Below, piece after piece: positions 21,959 through 33,328 of a DNA stretch of 64,000 nt; the stretch's first letter is position 1, and each line of letters starts with the position of its first letter. Below the pieces are notes generated by a model that was not told where the DNA came from, did no database searches, and worked only from the letters and a program-made list of their open reading frames with translations. The stretch spans positions 42,168-106,167 of the forward strand of contig CAVVXT010000005.1 in NCBI GenBank assembly GCA_963752255.1. The letters are read 5' to 3'. The position numbers and the translations under genes are program-made. The DNA comes from Nitrososphaeria archaeon. Its GTDB lineage: Archaea > Thermoproteota > Nitrososphaeria > JACIWG01.

Positions 21959-23263
21959 ATGTTTAAGTTTACATTAAGTATGAACATAGAGAAACTTACG
22001 TGTTTTATTCCTGTTGGCGGTCAGGCTAAAAGATTAATGCCTCTGACACATGACGTATCGAAGCCTTGTGTCAGGTTCTTGAATAGGCCGTTAATTGAAT
22101 TCTCGATAGCAACGTTAGCTGAGCAGGGTGTGAAGGGCTTTATTTTCGGGGAGTATGGTTATACCAACTATTCGAACCTTTTCGATCAATATGGGGAAGG
22201 AGTAGGGTTCTCAGCAAAGTATAAGATTGAGCCGAGGATACACATCAGACACCAACCAAACCTAGACGACTTGGGAAGCGCCGATTCTTTTAGGCTGAAC
22301 ATGGGATATTATAATATTCGCAATCCAGTTATTGTTGTACAGGGGGATAATCTTTTCAACATCAATCTAAATGACTTGATTAAAAATCATGAAGAAAGGA
22401 AGGCATTAATGACCATTGCCTTAACAAAGGTGGGAAAAACTGAAGAATATGGTATAGCTGATGTAGACAAAGATCTGAAGATTAAGAGTTTTATCGAAAA
22501 ACCTCAAGCAGGAAGAGCACCAGGCAACCTTGCAAACGCAGGCATCTACCTACTTTCACCAGAGATCAGAAAGATAGTTGAAGGTGAAGAAGTAAAAAAG
22601 ATTAGGGATGAGAGAGGAAGGCTCGATTTCGGTTTTGATTTGATTCCTTACATGATTGATAAAGGTTTTCCAGTCTACGGATATGAACTGAAAGTATGGT
22701 ACGATGTGGGGAGCCCAGAAAAATATCTAGAAGCTATGCATGACATCCTCTATGGAAAGCTGAACATTAGAGTCTCAGAAGAAAAGATACTACCTAAAAG
22801 AAACGTCTGGGTACAGGGATACAGCGAAGAATCCGTTGGAAGACGAAACGAAATAATTAGAAAATATAATGAAAACAAATTGTCAATAGAAGGCGCTGCC
22901 CTAATAGGCAGACACACTGAAATAGGTAATTATTCTAGAATTTCTGATTCAAATATTGACAATTTCTGTACACTCGGTGAACATGTGGATGTAGAGAGAT
23001 CGGCGATCTTGGACGCTGTGAGGATTGGAGATTATGCACGTGTATCAGACAGCATTGTAGGCAGGAAGGTAATTATAGAATCAACCAGTGAAAACCCAAC
23101 ATATATAGAATCAAATTCAGTGATAGGCAACACTGTCCGAATTAGGAAGGGCTGTAAACTTATAGGAACCAAAGTGAACCCTGGTTTAATAATTCCACCC
23201 AAGATGACATACGTCAATAATTTCCTGCAGGACTACCAAGACGTCGCTAAATTAGCGTCTTAA
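21959..23263 (+). CDS. NDP-sugar pyrophosphorylase with left-handed beta-helix
   Basis: GGQAKRLMPLT, KP, QGD, FIEKP, WYDVG, hexapeptide repeats. Confidence 0.85.
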   Translation: MFKFTLSMNIEKLTCFIPVGGQAKRLMPLTHDVSKPCVRFLNRPLIEFSIATLAEQGVKGFIFGEYGYTNYSNLFDQYGEGVGFSAKYKIEPRIHIRHQPNLDDLGSADSFRLNMGYYNIRNPVIVVQGDNLFNINLNDLIKNHEERKALMTIALTKVGKTEEYGIADVDKDLKIKSFIEKPQAGRAPGNLANAGIYLLSPEIRKIVEGEEVKKIRDERGRLDFGFDLIPYMIDKGFPVYGYELKVWYDVGSPEKYLEAMHDILYGKLNIRVSEEKILPKRNVWVQGYSEESVGRRNEIIRKYNENKLSIEGAALIGRHTEIGNYSRISDSNIDNFCTLGEHVDVERSAILDAVRIGDYARVSDSIVGRKVIIESTSENPTYIESNSVIGNTVRIRKGCKLIGTKVNPGLIIPPKMTYVNNFLQDYQDVAKLAS

Positions 23264-23532
23264 ACTGGAGGTTTACTGTGAATAACCGAGGAATATATCC
23301 CATTTATCGGACCTGAATGACGGTTATTTGTTAGTCGGTCTGTGACAGCTTCTATTCTATACGGTCGGACTGGAACCTTTTTGGTTAGGTATTATTGGAA
23401 TTGTTCTATCTGCTAACCGTCATATCTAGTAAAATTAAGAGGACTCCGTCAAAACCCTTTTATGTAGCGAATTGAAGAATTTAAATCTAAAATAAGATAT
23501 AATTGGGGCTTTTAAAATTTTGTGCTATAAGA

Positions 23533-24185
23533 CTACTTCAGTAGTTTTATCGACATAAAAGTCGTCCAAGCTGAAATTATTAACGCTTCAATTAGTTCAG
23601 GAACGGCAAAGCCAACCCTTGCAGATAGGACGAAAAAAACTATTGGCAGTACGAAGATGGCCATGATCGCCGCTATTCCGGCGACAATGCTTACTTTTCT
23701 AGTCAAACCTGGTCTTATGCCATAACCTATCAAAATGAAACCTATAGGAGCTAAGATAAAGTAACCTATAGCAACAGTCGCATGTAGAGCAAGATATTTT
23801 TCTGTTAATATGCTAACTAAGCTAGACATATGCTACTTAGCATTATTGAGACGACTCCTATTTTGATCTGTCTACCCTTATCTAGGTATTGACCGATCCC
23901 TAGTGCAAACAGGAAATCTAGTGTGCCCCCAATCAAAACGGCGCTATTAAAGATAGTTGATTCTTTGCTAATCCCCAAATCGCTCAAAGCATTCGTATCC
24001 CATCTAAACCAGCCTGATATGAAAGTGGCGGTTAAAATCATAATTAAAGGCAGAACAGAGCCTATAATTCCGAATAACCCTGCAAACTTCAGACTTATAG
24101 ACATGTTTCCTTTTGGTTTTGCGCTCACTTTGGCTCCTCGATAAACTGTTTTCCTAATAGCAATATAATCTTTAGCTAGTCTCAC
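23533..24185 (-). CDS. DUF998-like membrane protein, frameshifted near 23820
   Basis: WFRWDTNALSDLG, LHATVA and AVPE across two adjoining ORFs. Confidence 0.65.
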
Positions 24186-24218
24186 TACTGATTCTCTTAT
24201 AGTAGTTTGAAATTAACC

Positions 24219-24677
24219 CTACGTACCGATACGTAGACTTAAGGTCCTAGCAAATTCTTCTGCTTTCTTTAAGTCACTTTCATTTGGTCTTCCTCTACTT
24301 ATTCCACCAATGAATTTTAGAAAGCCGTTCGTGTCGAACCCTCTACAACAGAATTCGCCTATAATGTTAAAACCTTTATCCTCTAAGCTCTTTCTAAGAG
24401 CTTTATGCCCGCTAGGGCAAGATAAAGCTTCCTCTTGTAGAAAAAATGAATACGTTTTTCCCTACAGGCTGCATCTTCTCAATGAGCTCAAACAATGTTA
24501 TGTCATGTTTACCGTAATAGATCCCAGAACCAAAGCCTATGAAATCATATTCCAAAAGAGAATTTACATCTACTCCGTCTGGTTTCTAGTTCTCCGCCCA
24601 TAATCCTTGCTATAACGTCAGCAACACTTCTTTGTGTTACCATGGTGGTATGAACTGCAGATCACTAGAGTCTTCAA
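24219..24677 (-). pseudogene. Flavodoxin-family gene with several frameshifts (absent from ORF track)
   Basis: Fragments SYHHGNTKK, YDFIGFGSGIYYGKH, GEFCCRGFDT, GRPNESDLKKAEEFA in different frames. Confidence 0.7.
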
Positions 24678-24747
24678 AATCACTTTCTACTTACGATATC
24701 TTACTGTAGTCATAGTTAAATATAAATTATAAAGTTGTAAGCGAAAA

Positions 24748-25281
24748 TCAACGTTGTTGTTTGTTTACGACTAAGAGATCACCCAAATTTTCCCCTATCT
24801 TCTGGAATTTCTCCTCTTCTCCTTCTCTTAGATGGGCCGATGATCTTCTTGCTTCCTTATCACTTTCTTCCCTTTTTGAGGAAGTATAGATAATTCCTGA
24901 CGAATAAGGCATAATTATGTTCAACCCTAATTTCCTCAGTTCCTTTTCGATGTATTTCGCAGCGCTTCCAGCAAAGAAACTGTCTTTTCTAGTATCGAAT
25001 GCAAAGCCATATTTGTACCTGAGGTTAAGGCTCTCCAAAGTCTTAAGGAACTCCTTCGTTAGCTCAGAAGAGGTTTGGTAATGTGTTGGTGCACCTAGCG
25101 CAATCAGATCATATGATGCTAGGTCCTGATTCCTAACTTCCCTTATACTGTAGCATATAGTTTCTATCTCATGCTTCCTTATCCCCGCTGCTAACGACTC
25201 CGCTATCTTCCGAGTGTTGCCGTATAGTGATTCATAGATTATGATTACTTTTACTCTAGGAATCTTCTTTTCTTGAGCCAA
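24748..25281 (-). CDS. Flavodoxin-domain protein
   Basis: YESLYGNT, LGAPT, AFDT. Confidence 0.85.
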   Translation of the reverse strand: MAQEKKIPRVKVIIIYESLYGNTRKIAESLAAGIRKHEIETICYSIREVRNQDLASYDLIALGAPTHYQTSSELTKEFLKTLESLNLRYKYGFAFDTRKDSFFAGSAAKYIEKELRKLGLNIIMPYSSGIIYTSSKREESDKEARRSSAHLREGEEEKFQKIGENLGDLLVVNKQQR

Positions 25282-25529
25282 CTTTCATCATAGGAAAACA
25301 TACAATTTAGTATTTAATAATTCACTTTGTATACTCCAATCTGCGACCTACTATTTTCTTTGCTATTCCAAATCCGATCCAAGTCTCTCTATTCTAAAAG
25401 GGTTATCTAAAATAAAAAAAAGCCCTCCACAAAAGCAGCATTATAAAACGATAAAAGGTAGGAATAAGCATATTTTACATTTTTTATTACTTAGGTTTTA
25501 CAGATTACAATACGATTTTATACGTTAGT

Positions 25530-25805
25530 CTATTCTAATCTTTTTATTATATGCCAGCCAAATTTGGTTTTGACAGGTTGCGAAATCTGCCCCTTATTTA
25601 AAGAGAATGCGGCTACCTCAAACTCTCTAACCATCTGTCCTCTACCAAAGGTTCCTAAATCGCCTCCTCTCTTCTTCGATGGGCACATTGACTTCTCTGT
25701 TGCAAGCTTTGAAAAGCTCGCACCCTTACTTAACTGCTCAGATACTCCCTTCGCTTCCTGTTCCGTCCTCACCAAAATGTGTGCGCAGTGCACTCTATCG
25801 GCCAT
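25530..25805 (-). CDS. ppiC: Parvulin-type peptidyl-prolyl isomerase
   Basis: HILV, SMCPS, GGDLGTF, QMVREFE, TKFGWHII. Confidence 0.9.
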   Translation of the reverse strand: MADRVHCAHILVRTEQEAKGVSEQLSKGASFSKLATEKSMCPSKKRGGDLGTFGRGQMVREFEVAAFSLNKGQISQPVKTKFGWHIIKRLE

Positions 25806-25854
25806 ATCTTGATAGTTAGATGTTTATCTTATAAATCTTAATTTTGTGGCAGAT

Positions 25855-26200
25855 CTATTTTGGTTCGACGGTAAATCCGATCTTTTCTAGAACCTTGATT
25901 GCAGAAGGTAGATCTTCTTCTTTGACGAGTATATGGTCTGTAGAGTAGGCGGAAACTGTAAAGATACTGGTATTTTGGTCTGCTAGAGTTTTGGAAATTC
26001 TTGCCAGGAATCCGACTAATTCAAAGTGCAATGTCATGTCGAATGATATTATCCTAGAAGTTTCTTTTCATCTCAATCACATCCTCTACGTTAACCTTGG
26101 ATTGTTCTATGATAACTGTGATTTCATTTCTATCTTTAATAGTTGCAAAAGCGTCTCGAAGAATTCCCTTCGACTTTATGATAGCAAACTTCTCCTTCCA
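25855..26200 (-). pseudogene. ACT-domain protein, disrupted
   Basis: LVGFLARIS...SAYSTDHILVK; upstream half (AFATIKDRNEITVI) separated by a frameshift and stops. Confidence 0.65.
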
Positions 26201-26344
26201 AAATTAGCTTCTTAAGCTAATTTTCTTCTACAACATTATAAAGATTGTATTTTATGTTATAATATCTATCGTTTGATTAGTCCTATTTGTTGAACGTTGA
26301 ACTAAACCTATATAAATGACGTAGCCGATATTCAATCGTTCTTT

Positions 26345-26794
26345 ATGCCTATACTAAAGGTAGGTTCCAAGTTGCCTGCATTGGAAGGGGTTGACCAGAA
26401 CGGTAACAAGGTTAACTTTAAGGATCTATATGGGAAACCCACTATAATCTACTTCTATCCTATGGATAACACGCCAGGATGCACTAAGGAGGCTTGCTCG
26501 TTCAGAGACAACAAGAGCATGTTTGAGGGAATAAACGTCATTGGTGTAAGCGTTCAGAGCGCTGAATCCCATCAAAGGTTCTTCATAAAATATTCTCTGA
26601 ACTTCACTCTTGTAGCTGATACTGATAAGAAGATATCGAAGGCCTTCGGTGTTCTCAAGCTTACCGGACTTGATAGTAGGGTTACGTTCATCTTTGGTAA
26701 AGACGGTGTACTAAAATATGTCTATGATAAGGTTGATCCTGAAGGCCATGCTGAGGAAGTTCTTGTAAAGATAAAGGAACTGGGTCTTATCTAG
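26345..26794 (+). CDS. bcp: BCP/PrxQ peroxiredoxin
   Basis: YFYPMDNTPGCTKEACSFRD. Confidence 0.9.
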   Translation: MPILKVGSKLPALEGVDQNGNKVNFKDLYGKPTIIYFYPMDNTPGCTKEACSFRDNKSMFEGINVIGVSVQSAESHQRFFIKYSLNFTLVADTDKKISKAFGVLKLTGLDSRVTFIFGKDGVLKYVYDKVDPEGHAEEVLVKIKELGLI

Positions 26795-26931
26795 TAACTT
26801 TTATGTGAAATAAAAAGTCTAGAACCTTCGAAATAATTGACTATGCTTCTAATGAATTTGTTGATATTCTATCGAAATACGATATGTATAAATTTGTGTG
26901 ACCATTTTTATTTATACATAGTCTAAACTAG

Positions 26932-27348
26932 ATGGTGAAACGCCTTTCCGTCATTGATTCCAACAGATGCACGGGTTGTCAGAGCTGTATGTTCGCATGT
27001 TCTAGAAGGTTTGGTTCTGGAGGACTAGCTAATGCTGCATTACATGTCAAATCAGTTGGTGGCATGGAACATGGTTTTGTGGTTGTTGTATGTAGGGCTT
27101 GTGCTAGTCCTCCATGTGCCAAGGTTTGTCCTGTTGACGCATTATCTGTGAGAACTGGTGGAGGCGTTAGGTTGGACAATTCAAAATGCATAGGTTGTGG
27201 CCTTTGCGCAAAATCCTGTCCATATGGTGCAATATTATGGAATGAGGAAGAAAATAAGCCCATAATATGTGTGTATTGTGGATACTGTGCCAACTATTGC
27301 CCTCATGACGTTATAGCCCTTGAAGAATTGGAGGCAAAGACGCTATGA
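26932..27348 (+). CDS. 4Fe-4S polyferredoxin subunit
   Basis: Four CxxCxxC...C clusters; overlaps the AOR start. Confidence 0.85.
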   Translation: MVKRLSVIDSNRCTGCQSCMFACSRRFGSGGLANAALHVKSVGGMEHGFVVVVCRACASPPCAKVCPVDALSVRTGGGVRLDNSKCIGCGLCAKSCPYGAILWNEEENKPIICVYCGYCANYCPHDVIALEELEAKTL

Positions 27349-29107
27349 TCGAAAAAAATTCCCTCAACAATATATTATATCTGGATCTTACTAGGAAGCG
27401 CTTCTGGATCGACGAGCGAAGGGATCTTTTCGAAGAATATCTGGGCGGTATAGGTGTGGCTTCAAAGCTTCTCATTGGAGAATGCGCCCAAGGGGTGGAC
27501 CCACTTTCTCCAGAAAAATGTCATAGTGTTTGCTGTAGGTCCCCTTAATGGTTTGTTCCCCCTCGACATCGAAGACTGTCAGCTGCTTTAAATCTCCTCT
27601 TACAAAAAATTATGGAGAAAGTCATGCTGGAGGAAGGAGCTCCATAGCCATCAGACTCGCGGGCTATGGTGCTATTGTGATAAAAGGTGCAAGTGACTAT
27701 CCTATCTATATCTCTATTCATGGAAAGAATGTGAACTTCAGGGATGCTTCGGCGTTGTGGGGTGTTAGAAGTAGCATAACTGTTGGGAGAGTTTTAAGGA
27801 ATGTTGAAGAAGGTGCGGGCATCCGCACTATTATGCGAATAGGTGGAGCTGGAGAAAATCTTGTATCCTATGCTTCTGTTAATACCGAAACCTATCGCCA
27901 TTTTGGGCGATTAGGTTTAGGAGCTGTGTTTGGTAGCAAGAAGTTGAAGGCACTCGTGATTTCTGGGAAGACTACGGTTCCTGTATCTGACAAGAGACTT
28001 TACAGGGAAGTCTATGATAAGATTTATGATGCTGCGACAAAATCTCCTGTTATGAAAAAGTATCATGATTTAGGAACTGCTTCGAATATTAATCCATTGA
28101 ATGTTATGAAGGCTCTACCAACAAAAAATCTTAAGGAATCTTACTTTGATTCTGCTGAAAGAATTTCTGGCGAATATTTGGCTGAAAAATATCTTGGGCG
28201 TCGCACCGCTTGTGCACACTGTCCTGTTGCATGTATACATCTTGCTGCCTTAAGGGAGCCTTATGCTAATGAACCATACTTTTATAAGACAACCATGACA
28301 TCATATGATTACGAACTTCTTTATTCGCTTGGATCTATGTTAGGTGTTGACGATACAGAGGCTGTCCTTAAGCTCATTAATGAAGTTGAAATATGGGGGC
28401 TTGATGCCATGATGGTTGGAACTGTTCTTTCTTGGATAACCGAAGCCTTCGAAAGAGGAATCATCAACGAAGATCAGACGATGGGACTTAAGGTAAAATG
28501 GGGTGTCGACGACGAATATGCTAAGGCAATAAGGTACATCGTCACACAGCCGAACGACTTCTACAAGATAGCGGCAAAGGGTCTACAGAGTCTAGTGGAA
28601 CAATATGGTGGAGATAATTTTGCTTTGACTTATGGTGGAAATGGAATGCCAGGATACCATACTGGGCCAGCTGCACACCTAACATACATTACTGGTGCCA
28701 GACATAGTCATCTTGACAGTGCAGGTTATAGTCTAGACCAAGAAGGCTTGAAGAAAGGCCTGCCTTCAGTCAAAGAACTGGTAACAGATCTGTATCTTGA
28801 AGAATCCTGGAGACAGATCCTATCAAGTCTTGTTGTTTGCTTTTTTTCACGAGGACTTTACACTCCTCAACTGGTTTCGGAAGCGCTAAAGGTTGCAGGA
28901 TCAAGCCTATCTGAAGAGGACCTAAACAAGCTCGGCAAGAAGATTCTCGGGAACAAGAACCATTTCAAGGAACAAGAGGGCTTTAACATGTTAGCCTTAA
29001 AGTTTCCGAGAAGGATATTTGATCTACCAACACCACATGGTACACTAGATGAACAGCAACTCAAAGAAGCCGTAGCACTCTATTACTCCCTCCTTTATAA
29101 TACGTGA
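27345..29107 (+). CDS. aor: Tungsten-type aldehyde:ferredoxin oxidoreductase family, frameshifted near 27515-27565
   Basis: KSPLT, GRLGLGAVFGSKKLKA, CAHCPVAC, DYE, GLDAM. Confidence 0.85.
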
Positions 29108-29273
29108 ACCTTTAGAGAATTAAGCAGCATCAGACGATATATTTAGCATGCTTTGATGAAGTAGTCGTGTTGCTGAAAGCGTTGTGTGGATGTAATTACG
29201 TACGCCGAAGGAAGTAAGATGTGAGTTTAGAATCTTAAATATATGTTGTTATTAACTAATATTGGTGAAGTGA

Positions 29274-29741
29274 ATGTCAACGATATCAAACAGGCCAACG
29301 ACCGCCTTTATTCTCTCTCTCATAGGTGGTATTTTTGTTCTACTGGTAGGTCTAGCCTTGGCTGTAATCGGAGCTGCTGTGACTTTCTTTATAGCAGGCA
29401 TTGGAGGAATATTCGGCTTATGGGGTGTAGTTTGTGGAATCATAATGATTGTAGGTGGTACTATGATGAATGGCCATCCAAATCAGCATGCTATGTGGGG
29501 TACAATCGTGTTGATTTTTTCCATTCTCAGCCTTGCATCATCAGGAGGGCTAATAATAGGTTTCATCCTTGGTCTAATCGGAGGTGCTTCAGGTATCGCT
29601 TGGAGACCACAAATGGTTGAACCCCTGCAAAGGGTTACGCCCACCCAAACCATGAATCTTCGTATATGCACTAACTGCGGGAACGCTGTCGATACGAATG
29701 CACATTTTTGCCCTACCTGTGGTAAAGAATTGCCTGCATAA
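29274..29741 (+). CDS. Membrane protein with C-terminal zinc ribbon
   Basis: PTTAFILSLIGG, GFILGLIGG, CTNC...CPTCG. Confidence 0.75.
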   Translation: MSTISNRPTTAFILSLIGGIFVLLVGLALAVIGAAVTFFIAGIGGIFGLWGVVCGIIMIVGGTMMNGHPNQHAMWGTIVLIFSILSLASSGGLIIGFILGLIGGASGIAWRPQMVEPLQRVTPTQTMNLRICTNCGNAVDTNAHFCPTCGKELPA

Positions 29742-29877
29742 TCCTCGATTAAAAGGGATCGCGATCTGTCAGTTTATGGAACATATGTAGCAACCATTTG
29801 ATTCGTCCTCTTTATCGCATTCTTCTACGACAAAATTCAAGTTAAACGTGCTTATATATCAAAAAGTTAAATAGAGA

Positions 29878-30648
29878 ATGCGTGATGATATGCTATCATT
29901 TTATGCATTCATTTCTTCTTTCGGACTTTATAGTCTACTAAGGCTGATGGATGTCTGGTCAACCAAACTTTGTGTTGCTCGACTTGATCCTGAACTTCAT
30001 GAAGTTAATCCGATTGCAGCACCACTGATCAAAAAAATCGGTTTTAATAAAACTATGATATTAACCTGGATACCTTTTGCTTTAGTCATAGGATTTATCG
30101 ACGCATTTTTTCTTTACCCAGTGCTTGGAATCATAGTATTATGGCTTTTCTTTGGTTTATTCCATCTGATAGCTGCTGCAAACAATATGCAAATCTACTA
30201 TCAGGTTAAAATCTTTGGTCAAAAAGCAATAGAAGAAAGTATGAGACGAGTGATAGCTTTGTTGAAACCAATGTCAACTTATCAGAAGGTAATCTTCGTA
30301 ATAAAGACGAATTTTCTAAATCTTTTCCTTGCTATTTACGGAATTACAACTCTAGTTTTATTTTCGTTTTTAATTCCTTCACTGAGCATTTTTATCAGAA
30401 CCTCTATTCCTGCATTGTTAGTAATTGCGCCTCCCATAATGGTGCTGGATCTTATCATATTTTTTCCTACACTAGTATTTGGTTCCCTAATTATTTCTAT
30501 GCGAAGGGTTAGAAAAATCAAAGAACAGGTCACAACTAAAAACGAAGGCAATAGTATAACAATTTCATTAGAATTCGCAGAACAAATAATTCAAGAAGCC
30601 AGAGAAAAAGGGGCTAATTATGTCCAGCTTCCCGTTCCTAGTGAGTGA
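29878..30648 (+). CDS. Hypothetical membrane protein
   Basis: About five hydrophobic helices; D..ST and EVNP motifs. Confidence 0.6.
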   Translation: MRDDMLSFYAFISSFGLYSLLRLMDVWSTKLCVARLDPELHEVNPIAAPLIKKIGFNKTMILTWIPFALVIGFIDAFFLYPVLGIIVLWLFFGLFHLIAAANNMQIYYQVKIFGQKAIEESMRRVIALLKPMSTYQKVIFVIKTNFLNLFLAIYGITTLVLFSFLIPSLSIFIRTSIPALLVIAPPIMVLDLIIFFPTLVFGSLIISMRRVRKIKEQVTTKNEGNSITISLEFAEQIIQEAREKGANYVQLPVPSE

Positions 30649-30926
30649 AGGACAAGTTAAGAAAAGAACAACTTATCATCAATCATAACATTGGAAAGTA
30701 CATCCCTTTTCCCAATTAGTCCTCTTTTTCTTCGACTACTCCCTCAGCCCTAATTTTAGCATTCAAGAGAATTATACGTAATCTGCAATCTTTAATTTTC
30801 GACTAGAATGCGTCAGCAATGATAAGGACAGCCATCCTTGTTCTGTTCAAATTAATCTCCCTTAAGTCTTATCAGAACCTAGAATAGAAAAGGATAATTA
30901 ATGGACATTTCAGCACTTTAACTATA

Positions 30927-31000
30927 GGGCCTGTAGCTCAGCCAGGTAGAGCATCGGACTTTTAATCCGAGGGTCGAGGGTCCGAATCCCCCCAGGCCCG
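30927..31000 (+). tRNA. tRNA-Lys(UUU)
   Basis: Acceptor stem GGGCCTG/CAGGCCC, D-arm GCTC/GAGC, anticodon arm TCGGA-CT-TTT-AA-TCCGA, T-arm GAGGG-TCCGAAT-CCCCC; no intron. Confidence 0.95.
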
Positions 31001-31003
31001 CCT
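30983..31003 (+). repeat. att core (attL), 21 bp, at the tRNA 3' end
   Basis: CGAATCCCCCCAGGCCCGCCT, identical to 53519-53539. Confidence 0.92.
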
Positions 31004-31058
31004 TAATTATTAAGGGTTTATTAACACGATTTGGTATCCAATATGGTGGTGTGGGGAG

Positions 31059-32459
31059 TTGGTTAGGAGGAGTCCCTATCTGGGGCTTTTTGATGATGTG
31101 GAAGTGAGGAGGTGGTTTGAGAATCTGGAACGGGGCAGTCCCATAACTTCACGAGTGTATAGGAGGAGGCTGGGCTTTTTCTGCGGGCATTATGGTGTTA
31201 CGCCGAAGGAGCTGGCATCGAAGGATGTTAGGGAGATTGAGAATATGATCCAGGACTTCTTTTCCTTCTTGGAAGGGAAGGGTAGGGCCCCGGGTCTCCT
31301 GTTGAGCTATAAGAAGGCTGTTAGGTCGTGGTGTGAGTGGAGCGGTAAGCTTCTTCAGAGGAGGATCAAGGTCAAGGATTCGGGCAGGACACCCACATTA
31401 GAGGGTGAAGTAATACCTACACAGGAGCAGCTACGCCAGACACTTTATTCGGATAGGACGCCGATCAGGACGAGGGTTGTAATCGCGCTCATGGCTTTTT
31501 CGGGGCTAAGGTTTCAGAGCATGGGCAACTTTGACGGCTCTGACGGTCTAAAGGTTGGCGATATGCCTGAACTTGTTGTCGAGGACGGTAGGGTGACGCT
31601 TAAAAGAATCCCAGCCGAGATAATAGTGAGACCTAACCTGAACAAGGCTAGGCACAGATATGTAACCTTCTTGAACGAAGAAGGCTGTAGGCTCGTCGAG
31701 GAGTATCTGAATAGGCGCTTAAATTCTGGTGAGAAGATAGATCAGGACACGCCAGTGATAGCTACATCGAAGTTTTATGACGCAAGAGGTAAGCCTAGCA
31801 GCAAACCGAGTAACGGGAGTGTGAAGTCTATGACGAGCGACAAGATAAGGGATAATGTTAGAGAAGCTTTAAGAGACTTAGGATTCAGGTGGCGGCCCTA
31901 CATATTCAGAAGCTTCTTCGACACACAGCTCATGCTCGCTGATAGCAGGGGGAAGATCAGCCACGCCTACCAGCAGTTCTGGATGGGACATAAAGGTGAC
32001 ATGGAGGCGGTATACACTACAAATAAGGGTAGATTGTCTGAGGACGTTGTCAAGGATATGAGAGACGCGTACATGAGATGTGATGAATACCTCTCCATAA
32101 AGCCAAGTGCAAGACAGGAGGATCCTGAGCTTACAACCATAAGAACTATGGTGGAAAGCGGCGTTTTGGACCTATCTAAGTCTACTGTAAGAAACTATCT
32201 GATTCAGAAGCTGGGTATACAGGACATGGAGGTTAAGGTTGCTAGTATGAAGGAGTCAGGATATGCCGAAGATGACGCCAACGTTAGAGTGATCTGTGGT
32301 GAGCTGGGCATCGAGCCGATGAAGATCGAAGCATTCAAACCCAAGAATAACGACGATCCAAAGAAGGTCGTATGCGAAGATGAACTGGAGCGTTATCTTG
32401 CGGAGGGATGGGACGTCCAAACTATGCTGCCGAGCGGGAAGATATTGATCAGAAAGTAA
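31059..32459 (+). CDS. int: Tyrosine recombinase/integrase 1
   Basis: SGLR, KARH, YIFR, FWMGH, catalytic Y in AVYTT; next to the att/tRNA. Confidence 0.9.
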   Translation: MVRRSPYLGLFDDVEVRRWFENLERGSPITSRVYRRRLGFFCGHYGVTPKELASKDVREIENMIQDFFSFLEGKGRAPGLLLSYKKAVRSWCEWSGKLLQRRIKVKDSGRTPTLEGEVIPTQEQLRQTLYSDRTPIRTRVVIALMAFSGLRFQSMGNFDGSDGLKVGDMPELVVEDGRVTLKRIPAEIIVRPNLNKARHRYVTFLNEEGCRLVEEYLNRRLNSGEKIDQDTPVIATSKFYDARGKPSSKPSNGSVKSMTSDKIRDNVREALRDLGFRWRPYIFRSFFDTQLMLADSRGKISHAYQQFWMGHKGDMEAVYTTNKGRLSEDVVKDMRDAYMRCDEYLSIKPSARQEDPELTTIRTMVESGVLDLSKSTVRNYLIQKLGIQDMEVKVASMKESGYAEDDANVRVICGELGIEPMKIEAFKPKNNDDPKKVVCEDELERYLAEGWDVQTMLPSGKILIRK

Positions 32460-32483
32460 GTTGAGTGAACACTTGAGTTCTAA

Positions 32484-32864
32484 TTAGAGAAGCTTCGAGA
32501 GCCTATCAACCAGCGATTCTTTGCGTCTATACAGTAGAGATTCTATCAGGCTCTTTTGCATATTTATATATTGAACAGCTGGCTCAAGTACCTCCTTCGT
32601 AATATTATAATCGATGAACTCGTGCCTTAATGTTTGAAGCGCGTCCTCCAGCTCCTCGTCATAGATCAGTATTACGTTACCTCTTACTTCACCGTGTTTG
32701 TCTGAAGCTAGACTTGGAGCCCACTTCAGCTTCAGATCGTGGCCCATGCCAACCTTAGCTTTGATCCGCTCAAGCTCCTCCATCAACTTAGACTCCACAG
32801 AATTTTTGTCATCGACACTCTTTCGATTTCGTTTCTGAAGGGCTTGGGAGGACATAGTAATCAT
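32484..32864 (-). CDS. Element-associated protein with degenerate zincin-like motif (HEFID)
   Basis: HGEVRG...IYDE...TLRHEFIDY; decayed paralog at 60623-60993. Confidence 0.7.
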   Translation of the reverse strand: MITMSSQALQKRNRKSVDDKNSVESKLMEELERIKAKVGMGHDLKLKWAPSLASDKHGEVRGNVILIYDEELEDALQTLRHEFIDYNITKEVLEPAVQYINMQKSLIESLLYRRKESLVDRLSKLL

Positions 32865-33328
32865 CTATCTCGCAAACTAGTATTTTCTAGGGCTGTTGGA
32901 TCATTCCTTTGATCTGTTGATGGTTCGATGTTTTTTTTCCAATACCTGCAAGGTGTGAACGATCCTGTTATAGAATAAATTGCTTCCTTGGTTTGTTCTT
33001 CATCATGGATGCCGGATAAATGTATTAATTCATGTATGGTGGTTTTGTTTATTTCGTCTATGTAGATATCTATTACATTGTCATGATCCAAAGAGCAATC
33101 GTAAACGTGACCATCCCCATCTGCCGTTTTTATTATAGTCTCTTTAGCGTTTTTACAATGCCAGCAACATTCACAAAGGTCTATGTCAGAGATGTTTCTA
33201 TAACTAATCAAGCTTTCCAAAAAAACAAAGGCTTCCCCTGTCTCTCCAATTGCACAACCACTACAATACCTAATATCATGGATTTTGCCATGTGGAAATT
33301 CCGATTTAAGAGTAAACTCTAGAGTCAT
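32861..33328 (-). CDS. Cys-rich putative zinc metalloprotease (HExxH)
   Basis: TIHELIHLSGIHDEE, CSGC, CWHC; 4-bp overlaps with both neighbours. Confidence 0.55.
   Translation of the reverse strand: MTLEFTLKSEFPHGKIHDIRYCSGCAIGETGEAFVFLESLISYRNISDIDLCECCWHCKNAKETIIKTADGDGHVYDCSLDHDNVIDIYIDEINKTTIHELIHLSGIHDEEQTKEAIYSITGSFTPCRYWKKNIEPSTDQRNDPTALENTSLRDR

Noticed and set aside
31059-32459. SSV1/pTN3-type integrase split by its att site
   Set aside because: The att core lies outside the gene and both integrases are full-length ORFs.
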